Origin: Amphiscolops sp. MND2022
Taxonomy: Eukaryota
Length of the DNA stretch: 64,000 bases
Assembly (NCBI GenBank): GCA_964187785.1
Contig: OZ076409.1
Span: 34,474,001-34,538,000, forward strand
Reading direction: 5' to 3'
Positions 39,101 to 48,350 of the stretch are shown here, one piece after another (position 1 is the first letter of the stretch; each line of letters starts with the position of its first letter). The position numbers and the translations under genes were made by a program. The notes beneath the pieces were generated by a model. It was not told the DNA's origin, did not search any database, and worked only from the letters and a program-made list of their open reading frames with translations.

Positions 39101-42100
39101 TTCAAGATATAAACCCGAGTTGATAACCTGCTTCTCTTTTGCCGGACACACTTTTCGGAGAAATGGTCGTCGAAACCAAGAAATTGAGTATCCTTTTTGA
39201 TTCCAGTCGGTTTTAACATCCACGTTCGTCAGTCAGCTATCATATATATAATACTCGTCGTCACTTGGTACATTTCTCACTGTACAGTGAAAAGTATAAT
39301 ATTCATCGGCAAAGGCTCATTGAACGCGATTCATCACATCGAAGACATTTTTTCTTAATGCAACGGCTACGTGGTTTCCTTCTGTAACCAATGGAGCCTT
39401 CTGTTTTACAATAATGATACCAAGTTTTAATTTGTTTCACGATATTTTGTCGCCAAAGACTGTTGCAAATCTGCTTTGTTCTGCGTCAAATCAGTGAGTT
39501 TCTTTGAATGAGGCATGATTTTTGTGTCATTTTTTGACGCAGGTAACCACTCTTTCTGCCAGGACGAAATAGGTGCTGCAGTCTTTCATTCCCAGTTTTT
39601 GGAAATATTTAGCTTCTTCAGAGATTGTAATTGCCTTGTTTTCATCATAGAACTTCCCATCAACCGCTCGTACTCATTGTTGCTTTTAGCCTACTCACCC
39701 TGTTCACTTCAGGAGTAAGAGACATTGTACGAAGCAAATTTTTGAAAGAAATGAAGTTGGCGCAACTTGATACCAAAATAAAACGTAAATGACGTGCAAC
39801 TTCTGCCTAAATGCAAGTCTAAAGGTACTGCAAAGTTTAAATTGCCACCCGTGTAAATTATAACGTGAGAAAAGTATAAGAGGCTCAAGTTTTTAAGAGA
39901 TGAAATTGCGATATAAATTGCATGAAATTGCAATAAAAATTCATGGAAATTGCATGAAGAAATATCAAGCCAGCGTTATCAAACTATGTATTTGTTTTAA
40001 CTCTGTTTCATAAGGGTTTTATTGAATTATATTAGATCAAAAGACTTCAAACGCAGGTTCAATTGTTACATTTTGCGTTCTAAATGCTTTTAAATTGCAC
40101 GTTTTGGTTGGTTTACTTTCAATAATTTCTGAGGATTACTTGGAAAGCATTAACGACGCTTTTAGACCGCATTTTGTGAAGCCGCCGGAAATTAAGGAGT
40201 TTCAGACACTTTTGGCGTTTTTAGATTTGCGTAGTTGAAAACGAAAATTGCCTCAGGTTTCAAATCAAGATTAAATGGATACCATGCATTATTGAAATCT
40301 AAATTTTATGAGCATCTAATTCATCCAACTTTTGGATCCAAATATCACAAGTTGGAGATAAAACTGCATTTATTCCAGTTCACAGAGGCGCGAATAACCT
40401 CCGATGGTAGTTTTCTAAACATGATCCAAGAACAGGTTTTTGACCTGTAACGCCCAGCAAACGATGACAAAATTTCGATCAAAAAATTCGAAATGTGCGA
40501 TATCAAAAATTGTCACAATATAAATGGCCGACAGGGCAGGTCCCAGAAATCAAAAAAGAGGACGAAAAAGCGAACAAACACACCACCCCGTAGTCCCCGA
40601 CACCCGAAGACACCCAGAAGAGGCTGAAAAGAAAGTAAAACCCAGTGTGGTGCCATTTCACCCACAAAAATGTCGGAAAAGACATCCCAAAATCAAGGTG
40701 CAACCTGTCAGTGGATCTTTGCAAGAACTCCGAAACCATCATGAAGATGCCCGAGGAACTCGTATCAGTTAATTGTATTGGTATTATTGTTTTTAGCAGA
40801 TTAGTGATGGTGCCAGATCTAGCAGATCCTTGTATTTGTAGTTTTAGATACTATTCCGGAAATACAATGTACTTTGGCTGAACCTCTGTTTTTGGACCTC
40901 GGAAGTACGTAGGAATCGCGGGAACACGTTTGGATTCTAGGATTCGTTTTTACAGGCTTGTGGGACGAGTCCGGACTTTGAGAGTGCCGGCATGTCGCCT
41001 TGGAGCTCTAACTGAGGAACCTCCTTTGACGTTAGGAAAGTACTCGTAGGAAACCATTTTGGGTTTAAAACTAGTGTCTAGGTTGTAGTAAGACAACTGT
41101 TTCCTGTTCAAGCAATCTAGGCATCGTCCCACTTCTAGGATGTACGCTGGTAGATGGACGTTATAACCGGTCTTACCAGTGAATCCTGTAATTCCACTCT
41201 GTAAGCTTTACAATCTTGTAAGCTATTATTTTTCTGAACCTGATATTCCTATGTATTAAAAGTTACAACTGTGTTTTCCGAACGAGAAAAAAAAAGAAAA
41301 AGAAGAAGAAAAAGAATAAATAAAAGGAATGAAAGTTCCAGCAAACTCAAAATTTATTCACAGTGAAGATAACTCAGACGCTTGACAGTCAACCGTGACA
41401 CACCCAGGTTCAAACTTTACCCCAAATTCAGACTTTAAGCCAGATTCAGCCTTTAAAGCGCCATTTGGAGTCTTGCAAAGAAATGTTTCACTGTGTAATC
41501 TACCTCAAGCAAGGTATTGGCCGTATATATCACTGCAGCAGGCGCTCGTAGCAAACAAAAAATTAAGTTTTCATGAAATTTGTAGCAAGTTTACGGGAAT
41601 TACACATTCCGAGACAATAATCAGCTGTTTACTAAAATATAACCATGAACATCTTTCCTGTTGCGTGTCTTTCAGTAGTTGCTGCACTCTCTGTCTTAGT
41701 GCCAGTGGAGAGTGGAGAGAAAATAGGTCTGGGTGTCACAATCCTACTGGCCCAAATTGTCAATCTGCTCATCCTCTCGTCTCTGGTCCCAGCCAGCTCT
41801 CAGTTCTTCCCTCGAATCGGTGAGGCCTCAATAGAAAAGAAACACATCACCTTTTTTGAAATGTTTTCAACGAGTTTAAAGGAGAAAGCATCAAAAATTC
41901 TTTCTCTGGAAATAATCATCAAAAATTAATTGTTGAAGATCCAGCTCGGGACTTGGTAAACAGTGACAGAAACATCGAAATAGGATTCAAAACAAAGTTT
42001 AGAAGCCAGAAACGCTTAATGAGAAAGTTTGAAATCAATGCAGGACAGAATGTATCATTAATCTCTTTGCTATCTACTTATATATGTATTGTTTTGCAGG

Positions 42101-43606
42101 TTATTACTATCTAGCGACCATCTCGTTGATTTCTGTGGCACTAATCTACAACGCAGTTGTGATAAACTTCCACTATCACGGATATACAAAGATCTTCTTT
42201 CTGTGCAAAAGTTGGTGGTGAATTTTAGAATTGGTGGTGAATTCATGGTAAAGTGATTAACTTATCATATATTGAATTTTCGAAAACTGCTTTAGTTGAA
42301 ATAATCAATGGTTTTAGGTTTGGGGGAAAAATTACCTCACAAAGTATTACTTTTTCCCGGAAGTGTTAAACGAAAATAGGAATAGTAAAAAACGCAGCTC
42401 TATTTTTTTTGGTTTCTGGGATAGAAAGCACTTGAGTAAAAAAGAGAAATAGTTTCATGAAAATAGAAATACCATTTTAACGTACATAAAACCATAAAAC
42501 TCATAAATTTCAGCTAAATTTTTGGGACAACTTCCTATTTCGAAATGCTACTCAAACAAAAATTCCCTGTGTGTTGTTCCAGAAATTTCTCAAACTATCG
42601 CTCCCATATCTTGTCGCGCATTTTATATGCGACGTATGGCTTCAATTTTGAAATCATTCAAAATCACGAAATCAAACAAGTCGTGAACGGCCCAAGTTTA
42701 AGCATTGTTTAAGGCTCAAAAAAGCAAAATCTTGTAAATATGCTCGAAAACAACCGTTGAAAAACGCTTTGCTTTACTTGAAAACATCTAAAACATTCAA
42801 AAAATGGAAAATGCCAAAATGTCCAAATGGGAATTACTTGAAGACACTCTTTTCTAACCAAGAGGTGACCCTTTGGCAATAAAAATTGAGAAAAGGCGCG
42901 CGTTATAAAAAAAACGAAAAACCCTTTGACGTAGTCTAGCTTTGCAAACAGAGAAAGAGTCTTGTGCAGGATTCGATCCCTTTTACCTCCTGTTTGCGAA
43001 GCAGACACCGTAACCAGTAGGCCATCGAGGAGTCTCACATACAAGTAATTACCACTGAAATTCATAAAACTTAAAAAAGGTGGCCACTTCAGTGACAGTC
43101 GGACAAAAAATTCGTTGCTGATTTTTTAAAGATTTTAGCTCTGAACTTTTCAAAGTTTTACATTATATGCAATAATAATTTCGCCCGCCGGTTGTTTTAA
43201 AGCTGGAAAACAGATAATACTGTTTTTTTGTAATGAAAAACATCGGTAGGAATTGCTGACTGTCTTAAACATGCTAACGAGAAGTCAAGGTACCAGTTTT
43301 ATCATATCATGAAACGAAAAAAATCAAGGACAAAAGGCTGTATCTGAAAGACAAAAATTAATTTGAAAGCTGTACTTACATGGGTTTACTTTCTCATTTT
43401 CCATTTTTGTAGAAAGTTTCTCTGATGTGGTTCCAGTTGACGACGCTGCCAAACACGACATGACTGAGGACAATTCGAGACGAAGAGATGCTTGTATTGT
43501 TTCAGACCATATCACTGCATTCGTATTCCTGTGTGTCGTTTCTGTGATCCATTTGGGGTTCTTCGCTCAATACAAGAGAGCAAGAAAAAGGTCGAAAAAA
43601 CAGTAA
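11786..43606 (+). CDS. Cys-loop ligand-gated ion channel subunit, nicotinic acetylcholine receptor-like, non-alpha (spliced gene)
   Basis: Phase-compatible exons: 11786-11977, 13315-13472, 30084-30269, 30590-30660, 30971-31165, 41676-41819, 42100-42210, 43413-43606. Signal peptide, WRPD, Cys-loop CSFDVTHFPFDEQSC, loop-B GPW, KRKPAFY pre-M1, ESGEK M2 motif, M3, M4, and AATAAA at 43645. An extra small exon near 42.5-42.6 kb cannot be excluded. Confidence 0.88.
13315..13472 (+). CDS. LGIC exon 2
   Basis: ttttag|DEVSETITTKLW...SKLWRPDVIILN|gtaatt; a different frame from the ORF-track call here. Confidence 0.85.
13530..19121. mobile_element. Non-coding dispersed repeat with long central ~180-bp tandem array (possibly a non-autonomous Helentron-like element), copy 1
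   Basis: From ~13685 collinear with ~32296 onward; both copies end in ...CCCTTAAAGTTAAATAT...AAAAAACCGTTTGATTTAAATA and both have an upstream AACAAGACG. Superfamily is inference. Confidence 0.6.
15250..18960. repeat. Diverged tandem satellite, ~180-bp monomer, roughly 20 copies
   Basis: The TACTGGACAAC...GTTGACCC...GTCATTTTCGGTGTCAATTTGA motif recurs at ~170-190 bp spacing (e.g. ~16495, 16681, 16865, 17050, 17226, 17406, 17591, 17760, 17942). Confidence 0.9.
19970..20240. repeat. Fold-back (MITE-like) inverted repeat
   Basis: Nested complementary blocks TTTTTGCGACT/AGTCGCAAAAA and GTCCAGAG/CTCTGGAC, plus imperfect AACTTGAGCTGT/ACAGCCCAAGTT. Confidence 0.7.
21413..21443. repeat. (AAT)n microsatellite at left border of the tyrosine-recombinase element
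   Basis: Read directly from the sequence. Confidence 0.95.
21444..24770 (+). mobile_element. Crypton-like tyrosine-recombinase DNA element, apparently intact
   Basis: Single YR ORF, no RT, no TIR of its own, bounded by (AAT)n on both sides, CCATAGAG repeats near both ends. Confidence 0.75.
21890..24136 (+). CDS. C2H2 zinc finger + tyrosine recombinase protein (748 aa from first ATG)
   Basis: CPIC..HLVKSH and CAEC..H zinc fingers; YR motifs NCRVG (R), HKTG (K), NSCRK (R, first His replaced by Asn), AHSEKTREKHY (H...Y); acidic/basic low-complexity tail. Confidence 0.8.
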   Translation: MARVLRSGRRIKNASEKDFEQSELPASSPENLNLDSSFGLPTPGPLTQAIIDDLAGSQSIMPELDEIVENDFLLFSPKKTDNSPFEATHSHDEIPPEVSETEQGPSTIPVEPKTVKRGVKPKQSGEIQCPICPKKVKFLRQHLVKSHKWTGVHLRFILSVFSTKNAKSPVYECAECVYRFTHRQRHLSQFPQHSVKNITRDNCNTFPAEIIKYMKEKGVLSERGGELLNKYRDYCIEKMKRPLANFQFDAIAKFFRGTHSMKRPELVGKCLDDLKKDRQYTFSSVRKICFDIKQFIKWMNAGYQKSYRINKVSFDDSINLWLSETSKDCLKEQSKRKQERFAQIPTMESLCEIQDKVENFIENKLELDSPWHTLTVFEKLSLVLFQIHSRANCRVGILLSFTTEQLDAYEPGTFIRSNDHKTGSLFTNYAYITAFEKKVLQELHSEYEEKFGIKPTTIFPGHDDNEFTSQSATISRLMKNLFGKKDEKFNPNSCRKVWETFYEKNKQKIPANLRKIFEANSAHSEKTREKHYVVPPTDMELQNLFDATNDIRVQFRKKRAEKPSEITLTVPSTASEEAADTTEDEDGPQDELIACSSKSLSKNVQVKTGQKSEKRKKVKKVSKKNENSESETDDDSESDGDGNDKEFLPPRNAKVVKIEDTNIKTRMKNEELYDEIARKLLKFSNRKSFPLEKEYKRACRMVASKRAKLSKGNVKDIVNELKLNEEDTAFVFKKVYCKMVNVYATVKF
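24772..24816. repeat. (AAT)n microsatellite between the two YR elements
   Basis: Read directly from the sequence. Confidence 0.95.
24817..27089 (-). mobile_element. Decayed, internally deleted sister of the YR element in inverted orientation
   Basis: GFPSLRPATQALIDNI vs GLPTPGPLTQAIIDDL; KPKQ..FLCQH vs KPKQ..FLRQH. Its 3' region is an inverted copy of ~24430-24620, including exact TTGCAATTGTAATCTTATCAC / GTGATAAGATTACAATTGCAA. Confidence 0.75.
27240..29456 (-). CDS. LINE ORF2 reverse transcriptase portion
   Basis: KSRGPDNIP, YRPVALL, IDFEKAFD, SGVPQGSLLGP, FADD, EKDLGV. Confidence 0.92.
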   Translation of the reverse strand: MTLCKINLTMHKSFAIDDKPLSNHYPYSMTFEAYYDPTPHAKLNCYSHSKADFPSVNDYILSNPFTPYCYSNVDVLTEQWYTWLDEIHKQTIPKRTKHRSSLPAWIKPETSCVIRKVKSMESKQLRNFSYARSCKILNLLTTIKEMTSIDQLDYEENVFRSRRFDKIYRCIKEIKSPDRLPSVMHYRDKQVQTDTDKANLFNKWFASVYNIATQLLESDELVNTEPRIITSSIHFSVRDIVKILSNLNVNKSRGPDNIPNVFLKKCAESLAPSIYLLLRTAANKHKFPSAWKDATIVPLFKKGDKSCVEMYRPVALLCTISKVYERILYDAIYAHVKDDINSSQYGFSRNKSAVLQLLDYVDDIYRARENQDISYFATIYIDFEKAFDKICHNILVRKLWSAGIQGGLHDILRDYLSNRRQRVRINSSLSDYKYATSGVPQGSLLGPLMFVIYINDVVKNLSVDSKLFADDLKLYSDDHQNLQLSLRHILEWCNSNRMSANISKCGYLLFKGKDQGPFLFGNSVFERKQCEKDLGVIICDNLNWSEHIKSRVSKAYSMFHMIRRNVSPRTSIGAKMNLYRGLLVPILTYGMQVSHANTNSLSALELFQARVTKWIDHEPDYKMRLHRLNLLPISLYIELHDILLLSRIVNDKYNYDWEPKVRFPPSDKRTRAAESELFVLPKLRLSSSRQNFWYRSIAIHQATKKDIDLLSPTIKEDLTKVFKEYFANSYNYHIKSTC
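29453..30010 (-). pseudogene. LINE ORF2 APE endonuclease portion, separated from RT by a frameshift
   Basis: DIVCLSETWL, FRGDR..HGGTLI, IYSAP, ITGDKN. Confidence 0.85.
30084..30269 (+). CDS. LGIC exon 3 (Cys-loop)
   Basis: ttgcag|...TTCSFDVTHFPFDEQSCPI|gtgagc. Confidence 0.9.
30590..30660 (+). CDS. LGIC exon 4 (loop B)
   Basis: ccacag|(H)IGPWYTEANGSSDLVFNLRFINE|gtgagt. Confidence 0.85.
30971..31165 (+). CDS. LGIC exon 5 (loops F/C, start of M1)
   Basis: tgacag|DTSMPLLSYEENSQWQL...LKRKPAFYIYTLILPNFLLT; donor appears to be GC. Confidence 0.85.
31970..34796. mobile_element. Copy 2 of the dispersed repeat, with a shorter central ~180-bp array
   Basis: Collinear with 13.7-19.1 kb; only a few monomers (~33700-34600). 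Confidence 0.6.
34421..40056. repeat. Near-identical tandem repeat, 4 units of ~1.40-1.42 kb
   Basis: Units start at ~34421, 35822, 37225 and 38643; the same ORF-track peptides recur at this period. Confidence 0.97.
41676..41819 (+). CDS. LGIC exon 6 (M1 end, M2)
   Basis: tttcag|VAALSVLVPVESGEKIGLGVTILLAQIVNLLILSSLVPASSQFFPRI|gtgagg. Confidence 0.9.
42100..42210 (+). CDS. LGIC exon 7 (M3)
   Basis: ttgcag|GYYYLATISLISVALIYNAVVINFHYHG...|gttggt. Confidence 0.85.
42962..43031 (-). pseudogene. tRNA-derived sequence (SINE head or tRNA pseudogene)
   Basis: Minus strand has A-box-like TGGCCTACTGG, an anticodon-like arm CTGC-TTCGCAA-ACAG and B-box-like GGATCGAATCC; acceptor stem is poor. Confidence 0.55.
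43413..43606 (+). CDS. LGIC terminal exon (M4)
   Basis: ttgtag|...DACIVSDHITAFVFLCVVSVIHLGFF...KKQ*. Confidence 0.8.
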
Positions 43607-45227
43607 GAAGACAGACACCCATCCTCTAGTCATGTATTCATCTAAATAAATTGAAACTGAATTGAAACTAAGCTCATACATCTTGATGTTTGGTACTCAT
43701 TGTTGATAAGTTGCTTGGGAAGATGGTTGTTCGAATGTGATGGTGAGAACAGTTAAAGTTTAGACACTGACTCACAGCATCATAATTATTGACAGATCAA
43801 AAACCAGTGTGTTTCACAAAAAAGCAACCAGAGTTGTTTTGAAATACGATTAAGGAGTTGCAAATAGTTTGATTTTCGGAGACGCTTACGATGTGTTGTA
43901 ACTTCGTCAGTTAGCCCATAGGATCTGGCCGAAACTATGTTAATCTAAAGAGAACGATTCCCAAAATCATCAAGGGAAAAGCTCTCCTGCTATTTTCAAT
44001 ATCCATGACCAGCAATAAAAACATCACTGACTCCAAAAAAGGGTAACAGATTGAATTACAACCTGAGAAAATGTTACTACGATTAGCTCTTCAAAAAGAC
44101 AAATTGTGTAAAATACTCATCGTATTAAGCATAATCATGAAATTTTACCGTCAACACGATTAAACTTTAGAATTGATAACTTTTTGAAAATATATTTAGC
44201 TACGTCTATAGAATGTATTATCAAAAACAAACAAAAATAAGCTTACCGGTGTTCAAGAATGTATTTATTTGAAAAAAGTTTTTCTAAAAATCTTTAAAGT
44301 CTTTATTTGCTTCCATTGTATAGACAACCGCTGATTTACATTCCGGTGTGGACGACAAAATAGCTGATCTGATTCTCTGATGTGCGTTCATTTCACCCTT
44401 TCAACTCTGACTCATCATTAGTTTGTTTAGATGCTACATTTTATGAATAGTGTGTGAACAACAATCACTTTTGGTTGCAAATTTCACAGAGAAGAGTTCC
44501 TTGAGATTATGTTTTTACAATAGAAATTACTTGAAATGAATCAATCGTAACTTTGATTTATCCAACCCATGATGGAATAAGAGATTCTTTCAATTAAATC
44601 CCCAGTTTTCCCCGGAGCAGACGCCAGATAACCATGTAAGGTTATGAGCCCAGGGGAAAGAACCCCACCTGCTACCATACAAAACAATTGTCTGAAGTTG
44701 ACTATTGGGAACGAACCCAGCAGAAAAAACATCTTCCAGTTTTCAAATTTTCCAAAACGCTATGGAACATTGAGTTCGCGAAAGGTGTAAAAATTTCCTG
44801 AGCAACATCCTACTTCTAACCAACAAAAACGACTCGTTGTCTCGAATGCAGATAATTTAAAAAACATTAAACTCAAACTTTCTTTCGAATTGTGCTCAAA
44901 AAAGTCAGTAGTTGAAACCTAAACTGTTGGATCCATTTTCATTTTGAAAAATTTTATAACATATAAACTGTAGAATTGGCCCTATGATTACATTTTCAGT
45001 TGTGTAGGCCGATATCAATTATAGAATTGTTCGCTGGTTGTGATAAATTTGAAAAAAACCTATTTCGTGAAATTTGCTAGAATTCCAATGAATGGAAAAA
45101 ATATCCATTAATCAAAAACAATCCACTGACGTAGTAGATTTGTAGGTTTGACAATATTTTGCTCGATTCCATACTTCCTTGATTGTTTGTTGTCTGTTGC
45201 TTGTGTGTTGTTGAGTGCTGCAGCGTA

Positions 45228-48200
45228 TGATGATGGCTGATAGTTTGTTTGAAGACGGTGTTGGGAAGTTCAGTCGTGTCCTTTTCAGTGGTAAAGATAA
45301 GGATTCCGCATACTTCCAAGAACGCTTTGATGCTCGTATGTATTGTTTGAAGCTGTTGGATGTAATGGAACGGTGCGTAACTGCGAATAAGATAGAACAA
45401 AAGTTGAGAGAAGGAACTAATCAGAAGGACGTAACAAAGCAAAGGAGAAGGCTGAAAGTATGATGAAAGATAAGAAAAAAATGATCTGGTGTGAGTTGGT
45501 TCAGGCGTTAGACAAAACTAATGTCTTGCAAAGGCGACGGACCGAACGCTTGGGAGGTACTACAAGCAAAGTACAAAAGTTATGAAGTTATGAGAGACCG
45601 CGACTGCAGCAGTTAATAGAGAAGCTAACAAGTCTGCGGAAGTTGCCGTCGGAGAACATAACTGAGTACATATGTCGCGCGGAGGCATGTCAGAATGAGT
45701 TGAACCAAGTTGGAGAAGCTGTAAAAGAGAAAATGTTAGTCGGAATGGTTTTGAAGGGACTCCCACGAGAGTAGGAGACGTTCGTGACATTGGTCAAGTT
45801 CAGTTGTGAGTCCAAGAACCTCGATGAAATCAAAAGAGACCTGATTAATTTTGAGAGTGACAGGAGAAGGAAGATAACGGGCGATGTCAGCGATTCTATA
45901 TTGTACGTAGGAAAATCAACACGAATCATATGCTATAACTGTAACGAAGAAGGTCACAAAGCAATCGATTGTCGCAACCAAAATAGTGGTTTTGGTCCAA
46001 CTGTCACGAGAAAGGTCATATTACCAAAGGCTGTAGAGCCAAACCACATGGCAGCCACGAAAACAGTAACCAAGGTTGTAGTAGGTTCTGCTCATGCTGA
46101 AGAAGAAACGGCCATACGGTGCAAAACTGTTTCCAGAAAAACAAATCAATGAGAAATGACATCATTTGTGGCAAATGTAAAAGAAAAGGGCATGAAGCGG
46201 AGGATTGTTTTAATCGCAAGGCAGCGGAGAAAGTGAGTTTCATTGATGATGAGAAATTTGAGGATGGAAAACACGAGTTCAGTTTCTTCACAAACCCTGT
46301 TTTTGTCATCGCTTCACGGTGTAGTTGAATTACATGATAAAAGATAAACATTTTTTCGTTGATTTGGACGAGAACGACTATGGTGCTTATGAATGTGCTC
46401 ACGATACCAATACTAAAATAGAAGGCGGAGGAAGAGCTGAGTTCTATGCAACCAAGTGTGATGATGACTTTGCAAAAATTATTACCAAAGACGCGCTGTA
46501 TACATCAAGTAATGGTCAGAACCTGTTATCCGTAGCCAAGTTGAAAGAAGCCGGTGCTTCTTTTCATTTTGCAGTGCGCGATGAGATAGTAACGAAGGAT
46601 GGAACCATTTTTGCGTTGGAACCAAGAAATAACATGTTCATTTGGAGAACAGTAACCAATCCCGCAATTGACATGGATAACATCATTGTAACCAGAAGGA
46701 ACAGTGTTTTGCATCAAGTCTGAAAGTTTGGCATTAGCGCCTGGGAGATACTAACCACAATGAATGAAACGGTTGTTAGACCATGTCGAGGGGATGAAGA
46801 TAAGTAACAAAAATGAAGGCATTTGCGAATGTTGTGAAACAAACAAAACCAAAAGAAGGTCGGTACCAAAAAATACTGTTACTCGTACAACTGAGGTACT
46901 CGAAATTGTTCACACGGATGTTTTAGGTCCTATTGCGAAATAGTCACCTGAGAACTTCAAGTATGCAATTGGTTTTGTGGATAGATTCTCTCGATTCATC
47001 AAAGTGTACTTCATGAGAAGCAGGGATGAAGTTCTTGAAAATTTTCAGCAGTTTTGTTCTGAATTTGGAAATCCACGCATGGTTGTCAGTAATAGTGCAA
47101 AGGAATTGACAGCTTCTGATTTCAGATAATTCAGTCGTAAGCGTGGAATAAGACATGAAAAATCGGCACCTTGTACCCCTGAGAAGAATGGGAAAATTGA
47201 AAGAGTCTGGGGAACAGTGGTTGGAATGACAAGATGTATATTAAACAATGCTCGTTTGGGGAAATTATGGTGGCCGGATGCACTTAATTATGCATTTTAC
47301 GTGAAGAACTACTGTTTACATTCTGCAATTGGCATGACACCATATGAGCGCATGTACGGAGTGAAACCCAATATTGAATTTTTGCGGACATTTGGATGTA
47401 CAACCTACATCTTCAATGAGAAGCAGTTTTGTAAGAATCTGGACAAAACAGCGGAAGTCGGAGTGTTTCCAGGCTTCAGTGATAACTCCAAAACCTAAAT
47501 CGGAATACTAAAAACAGATAGATCACTGAGAATCATACAATGACGAATCGTTAGATTCGAGGAGGAAAAGATGTTTATGAAGCAACATGAAATATATCGT
47601 CCCAGTTCATCAAGTAACCACACTATGGAGAAAACCAAGTTTCATCACATGACATCGAACCAAATCCAATCAGCACTAACGACATTAACCCTAATAGCCA
47701 CGTCAGTCGAATTCAAAGTAAGTCAAAAATTGACGAGCAGTTGGAAGGAACTCTATTTTGAATGAAAAAATACCAAAATGTGTCAACGAAGCTTTGAAGG
47801 AACCAAGTTGGGTGAAAGCAATGGAAAACGAACTCCAATCATTGAAAGACAATAAAGTGTGGGATCTAGTGAAGCTACCAGACGGGAAGAGTTCAATCGG
47901 CAGTCGTTGGCACTTCGCAGTGAAGTTCGGACCGTATGGAAAGCCATGTCGACATAAGCCAAGGTTCGTGGCAAAGGGATTTAGTCAACGTGAAGGAATT
48001 GACTACAATGAGACATACTCTCCCACCGCTCGCTCGTCAACAGTTCGGGTAATCATGAACATTGCTGCACAAAATAGTTGTGAAATAAAGCAGCTCGACA
48101 TCAAGACAGCCTATTTAAACGCCAATGTCGATACCGACATTTTCATGAAACAGCTTGAAGTTTTCGAGGAGAAACGTCCCAATGGAGAAAAACTTGTTTG

Positions 48201-48350
48201 TAAGTAGAACAAGAGCTTGTATGGTCTTAAACTGTCTGGCAGAAACTGGTACTTTACGTTCAAAGCTTTTCTAGAAAAAATTGGTTGTTGGATGTGTGCA
48301 TGACAGTTGTTTGTTTAAGAGGCATGTTAATGATTGTGTAAATTCTGTTG
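45228..48350 (+). mobile_element. Degenerate Ty1/copia LTR retrotransposon internal region
   Basis: Gag CCHC knuckles (CYNCNEEGHKAIDC, CGKCKRKGHEAEDC), integrase (HTDVLGP, VDRFSR, NGKIER) placed before RT (WVKAMENELQSL, RFVAKGFSQREGIDYNETYSP, QLDIKTAYLN); many stops and frameshifts; no LTRs identified. Confidence 0.92.

Noticed and set aside
34393..39933. Recurrent 64-91 aa ORFs
   Set aside because: They recur only because of the 1.4-kb tandem repeat and show no recognisable motifs.
40446..41267. Possible solo LTR (TGTAAC...GTTACA)
   Set aside because: Flanks (TGACC / ACTGT) give no target-site duplication and there is no second copy in the window.
42510..42690. Additional M3-M4 loop exon of the channel gene
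   Set aside because: Acceptor- and donor-like sites exist, but exons 7 and 8 already join in frame; cannot be decided without cDNA.
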